Below are positions 27,090 through 36,301 of a stretch of 64,000 nt of DNA, one piece after another. The notes beneath the pieces are model-generated. The model saw only the letters and a list, made by a program, of their open reading frames with translations. It had not been told where the DNA came from and searched no databases. The stretch lies in assembly GCA_017347465.1 (NCBI GenBank), contig AP021858.1, forward strand, positions 1,256,472 to 1,320,471, written 5' to 3'. Made by a program: the position numbers and the translations under genes. Position 1 is the first letter of the stretch. Each line of letters starts with the position of its first letter. This DNA comes from Candidatus Nitrosymbiomonas proteolyticus. Its GTDB lineage: Bacteria > Armatimonadota > Fimbriimonadia > Fimbriimonadales > Fimbriimonadaceae.

Positions 27090-28189
27090 GGGCCGGTTTC
27101 GAGAATCGTGGGCGCAGGCTCCTCATTGAGGCTCCTGTGCCCTTCTTGGGTTACGGTGACGATGTTTTCGATCCTGACGCCGAACCTTCCCGGCAGGTAG
27201 ATGCCCGGCTCGACGCTAAAACAGTTGCCCACCTCCAACGGCCGATCGTTGCCTTCGACGATATTGGGTTCTTCGTGGACCCGCAGCCCGATCCCGTGCC
27301 CTGTTCGGTGGGTGAAATACGATCCGTACCCCGCCTCTTCGATCACCGCTCGGGCGGCCCGATCTACGTCCTGTGCCGGGACTCCGGCCCGAATCGCCTC
27401 CCGCGCCTTAGCTTGAGAGCGGTACACGGTCTCGTACACCTCTCGGACCTCGTCGCCCGCGCTTCCGCAGCAGACCGTCCTCGTGATGTCGCTTTGGTAC
27501 CCACCGACTTCGCAGCCGAAGTCCATCACCACGACGTCTCCCGAAGCAATGATCGTGTCGTCGCTCAAGTGGTGCGGTTCGGCTGCGTTGGCCCCTGCGG
27601 CGACGATACAGAACGTCGGGTTGCCTCCGAGGTTCGCCATCGCCTCCGCAAGCGCCCGCGCGACCTCCCGTTCGGAGGCTCCAGGCCGAACCGCCCCGAT
27701 TCCAGCCTGAATTGCGCTGTCGGCGATTTGCGCCGCGCGGGTCATGGATTCGAGTTCACCCTCGTCCTTGCACCTCGTCAACTCCGCGAGGGCGAAGCTT
27801 CCCGCTTTGAAGAGAGCGGCAGGCAACACGGATTGCATTTGGAGGAGCATCCTCGAAGGCATGTCGTCGTCGACGGCAAACACCGCAGAGCGAAGGCCCC
27901 AATTCGCAGACAGCCTACGGAATAGCTCCAGCGCGTCCTCGCCGTCCCCCCACGAGTCGATCTCCGCGATCCCCGCTCGCCTTGCTTGGCTGACCGACAG
28001 GCGCGGACAGATGAGCCGCGATTCGCCGGTAGAACGGACCGCCAGCGTCATGAATCGCTCACCCGCGCCCTCGAAGAATCCGCTGAGATAGCCCAAGGTT
28101 GGAGGGGCCCAGCCCAAGAACACGTCGAACCCTTCCTCACGCAGAACTTCTGCGAGCCTTTCCGAACGCGTAGTTGCCGTGGTCGCCAT
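27086..28189 (-). CDS. M24 family Xaa-Pro aminopeptidase/dipeptidase
   Basis: Pita-bread fold motifs DFGCEVGGYQSDITRT, HRTGHGIG and EPGIY. 367 aa. Confidence 0.85.
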   Translation of the reverse strand: MATTATTRSERLAEVLREEGFDVFLGWAPPTLGYLSGFFEGAGERFMTLAVRSTGESRLICPRLSVSQARRAGIAEIDSWGDGEDALELFRRLSANWGLRSAVFAVDDDMPSRMLLQMQSVLPAALFKAGSFALAELTRCKDEGELESMTRAAQIADSAIQAGIGAVRPGASEREVARALAEAMANLGGNPTFCIVAAGANAAEPHHLSDDTIIASGDVVVMDFGCEVGGYQSDITRTVCCGSAGDEVREVYETVYRSQAKAREAIRAGVPAQDVDRAARAVIEEAGYGSYFTHRTGHGIGLRVHEEPNIVEGNDRPLEVGNCFSVEPGIYLPGRFGVRIENIVTVTQEGHRSLNEEPAPTILETGP

Positions 28190-28252
28190 GGGTCGATTAT
28201 GCCCAACCCTCGATTGGGGCGAGTTCGTCGAAGGGTAAAATCAGACCTTCGT

Positions 28253-28326
28253 TGGCGGATCGTCTAATGGCAGGACAGCGGTTTTTGGTGCCGTCAGTCT
28301 AGGTTCGAATCCTAGTCCGCCAGCCA
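28253..28326 (+). tRNA. tRNA-Gln(TTG)
   Basis: Acceptor TGGCGGA/TCCGCCA, anticodon loop TTTTGGT, T-loop TTCGAAT, encoded CCA. Confidence 0.85.
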
Positions 28327-28344
28327 CATCTCACTAGAAGAAAA

Positions 28345-28421
28345 TGGTCGGGATGGGGAGATTTGAACTCCCGACCTCTGCGTCCCGAACGCAGCGCTCT
28401 ACCAAGCTGAGCCACATCCCG
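28345..28421 (-). tRNA. tRNA-Pro(CGG)
   Basis: Reverse complement CGGGATGTGGCTCAGCTTGGTAGAGCGCTGCGTTCGGGACGCAGAGGTCGGGAGTTCAAATCTCCCCATCCCGACCA. Anticodon loop TTCGGGA. Confidence 0.9.
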
Positions 28422-28462
28422 ACCCGAGAGCGCATTTTACCCGTTGCAGCAAGCGGCCGAGA

Positions 28463-29359
28463 TCAGACCTTATGCAGCAGGTAGACCCGCAACGCGGCGT
28501 TCTCGGGAGGAGGGTTCAAGAGGAGGCCTTGCTGCCGCCGGGTTTCGGCGATTCGCTCGCGAACGTATTTCACCTCTGGAGCATCTTCGAGGTATCGCTC
28601 CAGAAGCTTGCGCTCCTCCTTCAATAGCTCATAGAGTCCGTCGCGGAAGGGGCGCTCGATCCGATCTCGCCGCTCGCCCGGAGGTCCGGTCCACCGCTCG
28701 GTCACGGAGGATGTCCCCGCCTTCAGGACCTTGGCGAGCGTCGCTTCGAGCGCGGATTCGGGCAGCGCGAGCAACACCCCTTCTCTGCCGGGAATCTCAC
28801 CGACGGGCGCCTCACTGAAGGCCATCGCCTTGCCTTGGGAGTCCTGGGCTAGCTTCAGGAACTGGGATTTCACGGCTTCGAGTTCGGTCTGGGGGACAAA
28901 CACGACCGCTTCGATCAGTTGGCACTTGACGCTGTTTTCGATGCCCTCACCGGGCCCGATGACGATTGGGTTCACTGGCCCAACGGGAAGGGTTCCGCCG
29001 ATCTGCGAGGTCGGGCCCGTGGTGCCAGGGGTCGGTTCGGCGTTCGATGGCAAAGGTTGCTCCACGGGCGCCTCGTTGGGGGTTGTCGGCTCTCCCGAAG
29101 TGGGGCTGAGGGTTTCCGATGCAGGGCCCTCGTTCGCGTCCGGCGCTCCCGCCGGCGAAACCGCTTCTTGCTTGAGAGGCGGCGGCGAGTCTTGAGTGGG
29201 GGCGTTGAAGGGATACACCCCCGTGAGCCGGAGGATTCCGAAGGTGAGAACGATCCCTCCGATCACGCCCACGATTCCCCAGGCCATAGGGTGAATCCGC
29301 TCGGAAGTTGGGGCGGGGGGCTCGGCTGGGCTGATCTTTTCTGGATGTTGATCGGTCAC
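28463..29359 (-). CDS. membrane-anchored Pro-rich hypothetical protein
   Basis: 298 aa. N-terminal TM helix (AWGIVGVIGGIVLTFGILRL), a Pro/Thr/Glu-rich linker, and a C-terminal globular region. No family recognised. Confidence 0.5.
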   Translation of the reverse strand: MTDQHPEKISPAEPPAPTSERIHPMAWGIVGVIGGIVLTFGILRLTGVYPFNAPTQDSPPPLKQEAVSPAGAPDANEGPASETLSPTSGEPTTPNEAPVEQPLPSNAEPTPGTTGPTSQIGGTLPVGPVNPIVIGPGEGIENSVKCQLIEAVVFVPQTELEAVKSQFLKLAQDSQGKAMAFSEAPVGEIPGREGVLLALPESALEATLAKVLKAGTSSVTERWTGPPGERRDRIERPFRDGLYELLKEERKLLERYLEDAPEVKYVRERIAETRRQQGLLLNPPPENAALRVYLLHKV

Positions 29360-29386
29360 GGTTTTGCTCGGATCGATTCGCTAACC

Positions 29387-29461
29387 TGGAGCCTTCGACG
29401 AGATTCGAACTCGTGACCTTCCCCTTACCAAGGGGATGCTCTACCCCTGAGCTACGAAGGC
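29387..29461 (-). tRNA. tRNA-Thr(GGT)
   Basis: Reverse complement GCCTTCGTAGCTCAGGGGTAGAGCATCCCCTTGGTAAGGGGAAGGTCACGAGTTCGAATCTCGTCGAAGGCTCCA. Confidence 0.9.
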
Positions 29462-29468
29462 TTGATCC

Positions 29469-29554
29469 TGGTGGCGGGTGTAGGATTCGAACCTACGAAG
29501 GCATTCGCCGGCAGATTTACAGTCTGCTCCCATTGGCCACTCGGGCAACCCGCC
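29469..29554 (-). tRNA. tRNA-Tyr(GTA)
   Basis: Reverse complement GGCGGGTTGCCCGAGTGG...GCAGACTGTAAATCTGC, a long variable arm, ...GTAGGTTCGAATCCTACACCCGCCACCA. Confidence 0.9.
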
Positions 29555-29594
29555 AGTGAAGGGAAGTTGTACCTCAAATCGGGGCAGATTCGGC

Positions 29595-29628
29595 AAAAAA
29601 CGGGGCCCTCCGCGCACGAAGAGCCCCG
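29595..29628 (-). terminator. rho-independent terminator
   Basis: On the minus strand, a CGGGGC...GCCCCG stem with an inner CTC/GAG extension is followed by TTTTTT. It lies 24 nt after the stop of the CpxP-like gene. Confidence 0.65.
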
Positions 29629-29651
29629 CTGTGTCCTTGGAGGTAACCAAC

Positions 29652-30362
29652 CTAACGAGGAGGATCGAACTTGAACGCCTTGCCGAGAAGCGCGTTCCAC
29701 TTGGCCTTCTGGCCATCGTTGAGGAGAGCGAGGACCTGCTTGTCGATGCTGTCGCGCACCTTTCGCATGTTCTCTTGCATCGCGGTTCGGTCACCGCCCG
29801 CACCGCCTCCGCCTTGGAATTGGCCGCGGATCTTCTCCATTTCGGCTCGCTGGATGTCGCGAATCTTGGTCTGCTGATCGGGGGTGATGCCGACCTGCTT
29901 GCCAACGTCCTCACGGGAAAGCGCCGAAGGTCCCGTCCACTGAAGCTCGAGCTCGGTGTAGCGCTTATATTGCGTGTCGTTGAGGACCGACTTGATGGCG
30001 TCGTTCATCTGCTGAGCCATTTGGCCCGCGCCTTGGCCGCCGCCCTGGCCACGACCTCCGCCCGCTCCAGCGCCGCCACCTGCGCCACCGCCGCCGCCTC
30101 TAGCGCCGCCGGCCATTGCGCCCATCTTCTCTCGAAGCGCGGTCTTCTGCTGGTCGGTGAGCTTCAGTTCGGTTTGAACATCCGCCCGCATGAGGAGCGC
30201 CGCGCCGCCACCCCGCATTCCAATTCGGCCGCCGCCGAAACCGGCGCCTTGGCGGCCCTGACCTTGCGCGCCCTGTCCGCCTTGGCGAACGCCCGCGCCT
30301 TGGGCAACAACCATCGGGGCCACCAGGACCGCGACGGCAATGATCATAGCGAATCGTTTCAT
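29652..30362 (-). CDS. periplasmic Spy/CpxP-like (LTxxQ repeat) protein with Gly-rich low-complexity segments
   Basis: Start at MKRFAMIIAVAVLVAPMVVAQ (signal peptide). Repeated LTDQQK, ITPDQQTKI and LNDGQKAKW motifs. The longer ORF has no support. Confidence 0.55.
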   Translation of the reverse strand: MKRFAMIIAVAVLVAPMVVAQGAGVRQGGQGAQGQGRQGAGFGGGRIGMRGGGAALLMRADVQTELKLTDQQKTALREKMGAMAGGARGGGGGAGGGAGAGGGRGQGGGQGAGQMAQQMNDAIKSVLNDTQYKRYTELELQWTGPSALSREDVGKQVGITPDQQTKIRDIQRAEMEKIRGQFQGGGGAGGDRTAMQENMRKVRDSIDKQVLALLNDGQKAKWNALLGKAFKFDPPR

Positions 30363-30561
30363 GTTTTTCCTCTCTAAGTGGAATCCTGCTGATGGGATTA
30401 CGTAGGGCAAAAACGCGTCTGTTCCCGAAATGTTCACCAGGTCCCACAACGAGCCTAAGAGCGAGCAACCCACAGGGCTCGGCCAGGGAAAAGCAAAGCG
30501 CCCTCGCGCCCCGAGTCGAGTTGGCGCAAGGGCGCGTTGCCTGAGGTCTCCCCGTTGGCGA

Positions 30562-31101
30562 TTAGCTCTTGGCGTTCTTGGACATCATCGCAAGGAGCGG
30601 GTCCGAGCCGCCAAAGCCCACGAGTTGATCTACCACATCGCCCTTAGCATCCAGAACTCGGATGTCGGGAATCCCTTCGATCTTGTATCGACTCGCGACC
30701 TCGGGCTGGTTATCCACGTTGATCATCACGAGGATATAGTCCTCGGCCGCCTTCTTGAACTCAGCGGTGGGAAACACATCGCTCTTATACTGCTTGCAGG
30801 GGCCGCACCAATCGGCGTAAAAGTCGACGAGCATCGGCTTGCCGTCGCGCTTGGCGGCGATCATGCCTTGTTCCAGCGAGGTGAGCCACTTGGATTCGCC
30901 ACCCGCCGCGCTCGTCCCGCCTGAATCGCCCGACGCTGAATCATCGATGATGACGGGCTTGTCGAGGGATGCGTTCGAGGCACCCTCACCCTTCGTGGCC
31001 CCTACCGGGGCGGAATCCGCCTTTGCCGTGGGCTCCGAGGCGCATCCCAAAAGGAGCAGCGCGAGGCCGGCGAGGGATAAGACGATCGTCGTTGTCTTCA
31101 T
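30562..31101 (-). CDS. thioredoxin-family thiol:disulfide oxidoreductase lipoprotein
   Basis: Lipobox LLLGCAS. Active site WCGPCK. 179 aa. Confidence 0.8.
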   Translation of the reverse strand: MKTTTIVLSLAGLALLLLGCASEPTAKADSAPVGATKGEGASNASLDKPVIIDDSASGDSGGTSAAGGESKWLTSLEQGMIAAKRDGKPMLVDFYADWCGPCKQYKSDVFPTAEFKKAAEDYILVMINVDNQPEVASRYKIEGIPDIRVLDAKGDVVDQLVGFGGSDPLLAMMSKNAKS

Positions 31102-31152
31102 TGGTTTTCTCCGTGGTACTCGTGTCTCGAATTCGAATCTTCCTGTTCGTAG

Positions 31153-32331
31153 TTACGCTGCATCTTGCAGGTGCGTCGGCAACATTTTCGGCAAGAACTC
31201 GCGGGCGTCGCGCGGCGAGAGCACGACCCCACGTTCGATGACGTTCTCCAATTCTCGGACGTTTCCGGGCCAGTGATACGCCTGGAGCAACCGCTTCACC
31301 TCCGGCGTCAGTTCCATGAGGTCGCGTTCGTTTTCCGTGCAATACCGTTGCAGGAACAGTTTCGCGAGTGGCTCGATGTCGGCCTTGCGCTCCCGAAGAG
31401 GGGGGATTCGCAACTCGACGACTTGGAGCCGATAAAGCAGATCGAGGCGAAACTCTCCTTCCTGGACGGCTTCATTGAGGTCGCGGTTGGTCGCGGCAAG
31501 GAGCCGAACGTCCACTCGGGTCGGCTTCGAACTGCCGAGCCTCTCGAACTCGCGCTCTTGAAGCACCCGCAGGAGTTTGACTTGGATCGCGGGCGGAACG
31601 TCGCCGATCTCGTCGAGGAACAGCGTGCCTTTGTCGGCAAGCTCGAATCGACCTTGCTTGGAGTCTTGCGCGCCGGTAAACGCGCCCTTCTCGTAGCCGA
31701 ACAGCTCGCTTTCGAGAAGCGTTTCAGGGAGGGCGGCGCAGCTTACGGCGACGAACGGCTGGTCGCGGCGCGTCGAGAGCCGGTGAATCGTCTTGGCGAC
31801 GACCTCTTTTCCGGTGCCGCTCTCGCCCGTAATGAGGACCGTGGCCTTTGAATCCGCGGCGAGCTTCATCGTTTCCAGTAGCTCCTTCATCTCAGGAGAT
31901 TCGGCGATGAATTCGACCTCGGGGCGGGACCCCTTTTTCGATCGCCTCTTTTTGGGCGCAGCCTCGTCCGTCATGGCGTTGCGAAGAATGCGCTTGAGGG
32001 CGTCGAGGTCGAACGGCTTGGTCACGTATTCAAACGCGCCTTCCCGAATGGCCTGCACAGCCGAGGGAATCGCCCCATACGCTGTCATCAGCACGACCGG
32101 GAGCTCCGGGCGGAGGGAGAGCGCGCTCCGAAGGAGTTCGTGGCCGTTCATTCCCGGCATGGTGATGTCGGAGAGCATACACTCGAACGGGGCCTCCTTC
32201 AGAAGCACCAAGGCATCCTCGCCGCATTCCGCAAGGCTCACGCTGTAGCCGTCCTTTTCGAAAGCGGCCTGGAGGACCCTTCGGATGTGGGGTTCGTCGT
32301 CGACGATCAAGAGTCGCTTGTTTTCTGGCAT
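31153..32331 (-). CDS. sigma-54-dependent response regulator (receiver plus AAA+), apparently lacking a C-terminal HTH
   Basis: [14 protein letters not shown] receiver, Walker [15 protein letters not shown] loop (EKGAFTGAQ), R-finger region. The protein ends about 10 aa after the AAA+ module (392 aa). Confidence 0.85.
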   Translation of the reverse strand: MPENKRLLIVDDEPHIRRVLQAAFEKDGYSVSLAECGEDALVLLKEAPFECMLSDITMPGMNGHELLRSALSLRPELPVVLMTAYGAIPSAVQAIREGAFEYVTKPFDLDALKRILRNAMTDEAAPKKRRSKKGSRPEVEFIAESPEMKELLETMKLAADSKATVLITGESGTGKEVVAKTIHRLSTRRDQPFVAVSCAALPETLLESELFGYEKGAFTGAQDSKQGRFELADKGTLFLDEIGDVPPAIQVKLLRVLQEREFERLGSSKPTRVDVRLLAATNRDLNEAVQEGEFRLDLLYRLQVVELRIPPLRERKADIEPLAKLFLQRYCTENERDLMELTPEVKRLLQAYHWPGNVRELENVIERGVVLSPRDAREFLPKMLPTHLQDAA

Positions 32332-32332
32332 G

Positions 32333-33919
32333 TCAGTCCTTCTTCAACCTCACCCGAAACTTGCTTCCCTTGCCTAGTTCGGACTCGACTTCGACCGTCC
32401 CGCCGTGAGCGTCGACGATCTTGCGCACGTTGCTCAGCCCCAACCCCGTTCCCTTTGCCTTGGTCGTGAAGAACGGCATGAAGAGCTTGCCGACGGTCTC
32501 TGGGCTCATCCCCGCGCCGGTGTCTCTCACTTCGAAGCCCCACTCGGCCAACTCCACTTCGACGCTGTCTCCGGGCCGGCAGGCGTCGATCGCGTTCAGG
32601 ACGAGGTTGCGTAGAACCTGCTCGACGCGCAAGGGGTCCGCGAGAATCTTGGGGGACCTTGCTTCTGAAATCAGCGCCAGCTTCACCCCCGCCTCGACCG
32701 AACGGGGAAGCTCGGACTGGATCACCTGATGAGCGAGCTTCAAGAGATCGACGCGAGAGACTTCGAGGCGAAGCGACTTGGAGAACTCGAGAAAGTCGCC
32801 GCACAGCCGATCGAGCTTCCGAACTTCGGTTTCGATGACAGAAGCGAACTCGGCTGAGGCTTCTGAGACGTCGCGAATGACCTGCGCCGATGCGAGAATG
32901 CTCGTCAGGGGGTTTCGAATCTCGTGCGCGATCGCCGCCGCCATTTGGCCGATCTCGGCCATGCGCTTTGTGCGCTCGGAATCTTGGCGCTCGAGTTCGA
33001 TTTCGGTCGTGTCGTGGACGACGATCACCGCTCCCCGGTTGGGCACTGCCGAGGCGGTTAGCGACCAATACCGCGACTCTTGCCCGTCGTGGACGGTGGT
33101 GCGAGCCGAGGTGCCTTGGAGCGCGGCCCGCCGAGCCAAGGTAAGCGCGTGCTTCCAGTAGTGAGGGAGCTTTCGCAAGAGCCCGCGCCAGGTCGCGGGG
33201 GCTGGTCCCGTCCAACGAAGCATCGAAAGCACTGCGGGGTTCAACTCCACCTTCTCCGTTCCTTCGATGGCGATCAGCCCAGCCTCAAGGCTTTCGAAAA
33301 GGATGTCTCGCGAGGCCCGAAGCGACTCGGCGTCGGCAAGGGCCGAGGAGATCCGGTCGACGAGCGCGGCGTTGTTGACCGCAAGCGCCAAGTGCTGGGC
33401 GACGGCCCGAGCCTTTCTCAGTGCGTTTCGGTCGAAACTGGGTTTTTGAGGGGCACGGGCGATATTCAGGACGCCGATGCAGACTCCACTCAGGAGCAGG
33501 GGAACGACCATCGAACTCCCGACGTTGCCCCGCCCTTTGGCTCGACGCGTGGAAAGGGTTGGATGCAGCTCCGGATCGTCGACGATCATCGGCTCGCCCT
33601 CTTCGGCGGCCGCTCCAGCGATGCCCTCGCCCAGGTCGAAGGACGCTTGCGCGGGGACGACGGCTTGAGGCCCCTGAACCGCAGCCAGTTCAAAGTGGCT
33701 CGAATTGGGCTCGCGAATGAATACGGTCGCATGATGGGCTTCGAATAGATCGACGACCCCGCGTAAGGCGTTCGCCAAGTAACCCCCCAGGCCGTCAGGA
33801 CTCGGAGAGAGTTCGAGGATGTCTGCAAGCGGGTCGCGCGCGTTCGTCCTTCGCGGGACCGTCATCTCAGTTGAAGTGCATTCGTACATCGCCAGCCAGA
33901 GGGGTGCTTTCGCCGCCAA
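32333..33919 (-). CDS. sensor histidine kinase with GAF and PAS-like input domains
   Basis: H-box AHEIRNPLTSI, N-box LRNLVLNAIDA, G-boxes VRDTGAGM and GTGLGLS. Lies 1 nt upstream of the response regulator. Start uncertain (33919 or 33865). Confidence 0.8.
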   Translation of the reverse strand: MAAKAPLWLAMYECTSTEMTVPRRTNARDPLADILELSPSPDGLGGYLANALRGVVDLFEAHHATVFIREPNSSHFELAAVQGPQAVVPAQASFDLGEGIAGAAAEEGEPMIVDDPELHPTLSTRRAKGRGNVGSSMVVPLLLSGVCIGVLNIARAPQKPSFDRNALRKARAVAQHLALAVNNAALVDRISSALADAESLRASRDILFESLEAGLIAIEGTEKVELNPAVLSMLRWTGPAPATWRGLLRKLPHYWKHALTLARRAALQGTSARTTVHDGQESRYWSLTASAVPNRGAVIVVHDTTEIELERQDSERTKRMAEIGQMAAAIAHEIRNPLTSILASAQVIRDVSEASAEFASVIETEVRKLDRLCGDFLEFSKSLRLEVSRVDLLKLAHQVIQSELPRSVEAGVKLALISEARSPKILADPLRVEQVLRNLVLNAIDACRPGDSVEVELAEWGFEVRDTGAGMSPETVGKLFMPFFTTKAKGTGLGLSNVRKIVDAHGGTVEVESELGKGSKFRVRLKKD

Positions 33920-34030
33920 TCCCTATGGAGATCATCGGCTACGGACACTTCCCGCCTTAGCCGCGCGTCCCGAAAGGCTTCAGGCCGCTTGGAGTTAACG
34001 TCTTCGCTCCGATGGGGCGAGCGGACAAAG

Positions 34031-34987
34031 TTATCCGTTTTCGACTGCGCCCCGGTGAATGGTCTCGATCCTTCGGATCGTGCCGTTGGAAGACTCCATT
34101 ACGATCGACTGCGTGATGATGTCGTCGCGCCGGAACCGGACGCCGCGCATGAAGTCGCCGGTGGTGATTCCGGTTGCGACGAACGTCACATTCCCTCGTG
34201 CGAGTTCGTCGGGCATGAACACACGATCCAAATCGCCGCCGACCATCCTTTCGGCCCTTTCCCGCTGGCCGTCTTTGGGGAAGTGCAGTTTGGCTTGCAT
34301 GTCGCCGCCCCAACAACGCACTGCCGCCGCGGTGATCACGCCCTCCGGCGCGCCTCCGATTCCCATCAAGCCATCGAGCCCGGATTCGGGGTCGAGCGCC
34401 GCGAGCGCGATCGTGATGTCGCCGTCGGATACGAGGTGTACCCTGCACCCCACGTCGCGGAGTTCGGCGATGAGGGGTTCGTGCCGGGGCCGATCCAGCA
34501 CCCCGATGATCATCTCATCCACTTCCTTCCCGAGAGCCTTGGCCATTTGCCGAACGTTGATCCGAGGGGGGACGGTGATGTCGATAATGCCCTTGCACTC
34601 CTTGCCGACTACGATCTTGTCCATATAGCAGTCGGGCGCGTGCATGAGAAACCCCTCGCCCTCGACGCAGGCAGCGAGGACCGCGATCGCGTTGGGGAGT
34701 CCGTTGGCGCAGAGGTTCGTGCCTTCGAGCGGATCGACGGCGATTTGGACGGAAGGCCCCGTTCCTTCGCCGACCTCTTCGCCGATGTAGAGCATGGGCG
34801 CCTCATCTCGCTCGCCCTCTCCGATGACGATCATTCCCTTCATCGGAATTTCGTTCATCGTCGATCTCATCCCTTCGCAGGCGGCTTGATCGGCGCAGTT
34901 CCGGTCGCCTCTTCCCACCCATTTGGAAGCTGCGATCGCCGCCGCTTCGGTCACGCGCAGGAAGTCGATGTGCTGTCGGCTGTTCAT
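34031..34987 (-). CDS. glpX: class II fructose-1,6-bisphosphatase
   Basis: VTEAAAIAASKWVGRGD, VIGEGERDEAPML and VDPLEGT motifs. 318 aa. GGGAGG SD upstream. Confidence 0.9.
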   Translation of the reverse strand: MNSRQHIDFLRVTEAAAIAASKWVGRGDRNCADQAACEGMRSTMNEIPMKGMIVIGEGERDEAPMLYIGEEVGEGTGPSVQIAVDPLEGTNLCANGLPNAIAVLAACVEGEGFLMHAPDCYMDKIVVGKECKGIIDITVPPRINVRQMAKALGKEVDEMIIGVLDRPRHEPLIAELRDVGCRVHLVSDGDITIALAALDPESGLDGLMGIGGAPEGVITAAAVRCWGGDMQAKLHFPKDGQRERAERMVGGDLDRVFMPDELARGNVTFVATGITTGDFMRGVRFRRDDIITQSIVMESSNGTIRRIETIHRGAVENG

Positions 34988-35048
34988 GAGAGGTCCCCTT
35001 CCTCCCTATTATGGGTCCCCCACGGAAGGACGCGCAGGTGGCGCAGGC

Positions 35049-36104
35049 TTAGGATTTGTTGCGGATGACGAGCAGTTCGCCGTCTTGGACGACGTATTCC
35101 TTGCCTTCGAGGCGCATTCTGCCCGCCTTGTGCGCCGCCGAAAGCGAGCCGTGCTCGGCCCAATCCTCATAAGAAACGACTTCGGCGCGAATGAACCCCT
35201 TGGCGATTTCGTTGTGGATCGTGGCGGCTGCCTTAAGGGCGTTCGATCCGCGCCGGAGGGGCCAAGCTTTCGTCTCGTTCTCGCCCGCGGTGTAAAAGGT
35301 GATCAACCCCATCGCGTCGTAGGCCGCGCGAATGACCTTAGAACTCGCTGGCTCTTGGAGTCCGAGCGACTCAAGGAATTCGGATTGGTCGGACTCCTCA
35401 AGCTCGGCGATCTCCTGTTCGAGCGTCGCGCAAACCGCAAACGCGGGAACTCCCGACTCGCGGAGTCGCCCCATCTGCTCTTGCAGGGATCCATCGACAG
35501 ACGCTGCATCGGCCTCGTCCACGTTGTAGGCCACGATCAGCGGCTTCTGGCTGAGGAACTGGAAGTTTCGCAGGATCGCTTCTTCCTCTTCGCTCAGTTG
35601 GAGCAACCGCAGGGGCGTGCCCTCGCCCAAGGGCCCCACGATTCGCCGCAGGACCTCGCGCTCGGTGTATTCGGCCGAACCTGGGCTCTGGGCTTGGACG
35701 GACTTGGTGAGCCTCTCGATCCTCGACTCTACGATCTGGAGGTCCGTGAGAACGAGCTCATCCTCGATGGCGGCCTGATCCCGCATGGGGTTGACTTCGC
35801 GGGCGAACGGCGCCATCGGCGAATCGAAGGAGCGAACGACGTGCAAGAGCAGGTCCATGCGCCGAGCCGCATCGAGGAACCGCTGGGAGAACGCCTTCTT
35901 CTCCGTACCGATATCGTCGAGGTCGTCGTGGAGCAGGACCGTGGCCGGGCTCGCTTTCTTGGGCTTTACGGCTTCAACGATCCTCTCGAAACGTTCGTCG
36001 GGCACAGGCACAGCGGTGATGTCGCCCTTGGCCTGACCTCGGGCCGCTGCGTGGTACAGCGTGGTCTTGCCGACGCCCGCATGGCCGATCAAGCCGACCT
36101 TCAT
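35049..36104 (-). CDS. ychF: redox-regulated ribosome-binding ATPase YchF (Obg-like)
   Basis: Start at MKVGLIGHAGVGKTT (P-loop). C-terminal TGS/YchF motif FIRAEVVSYEDW. The upstream extension of the ORF is Arg-rich with no support. Confidence 0.85.
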   Translation of the reverse strand: MKVGLIGHAGVGKTTLYHAAARGQAKGDITAVPVPDERFERIVEAVKPKKASPATVLLHDDLDDIGTEKKAFSQRFLDAARRMDLLLHVVRSFDSPMAPFAREVNPMRDQAAIEDELVLTDLQIVESRIERLTKSVQAQSPGSAEYTEREVLRRIVGPLGEGTPLRLLQLSEEEEAILRNFQFLSQKPLIVAYNVDEADAASVDGSLQEQMGRLRESGVPAFAVCATLEQEIAELEESDQSEFLESLGLQEPASSKVIRAAYDAMGLITFYTAGENETKAWPLRRGSNALKAAATIHNEIAKGFIRAEVVSYEDWAEHGSLSAAHKAGRMRLEGKEYVVQDGELLVIRNKS

Positions 36105-36301
36105 CGAGCCTCGTTTGCCCCCTGCGGCCGGGATTCCTCCGAGCGGTCGAACGTGACGGAGACGTCGCTCGGCGGGCTTTGCTGAGGCAGAATCCAGAAC
36201 ACATACACGCTCGCAAGCAAGAGAGCCAGCCCCAGCCACGGGAACGCAACGCGAGGTGGGGAGCTCTTCTTCGGGGGTTCTGGGGACGCCATCGCCTGCG
36301 A

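Noticed and set aside
30363-31152. Sigma-54 promoters (TGGCAC-N5-TTGC) upstream of the thioredoxin-like and CpxP-like genes
   Set aside because: The only GG...GC candidates have wrong spacing or lie on the wrong strand (for example TGGCGCAAGGGCGCGTTGC at about 30530). None is reported.
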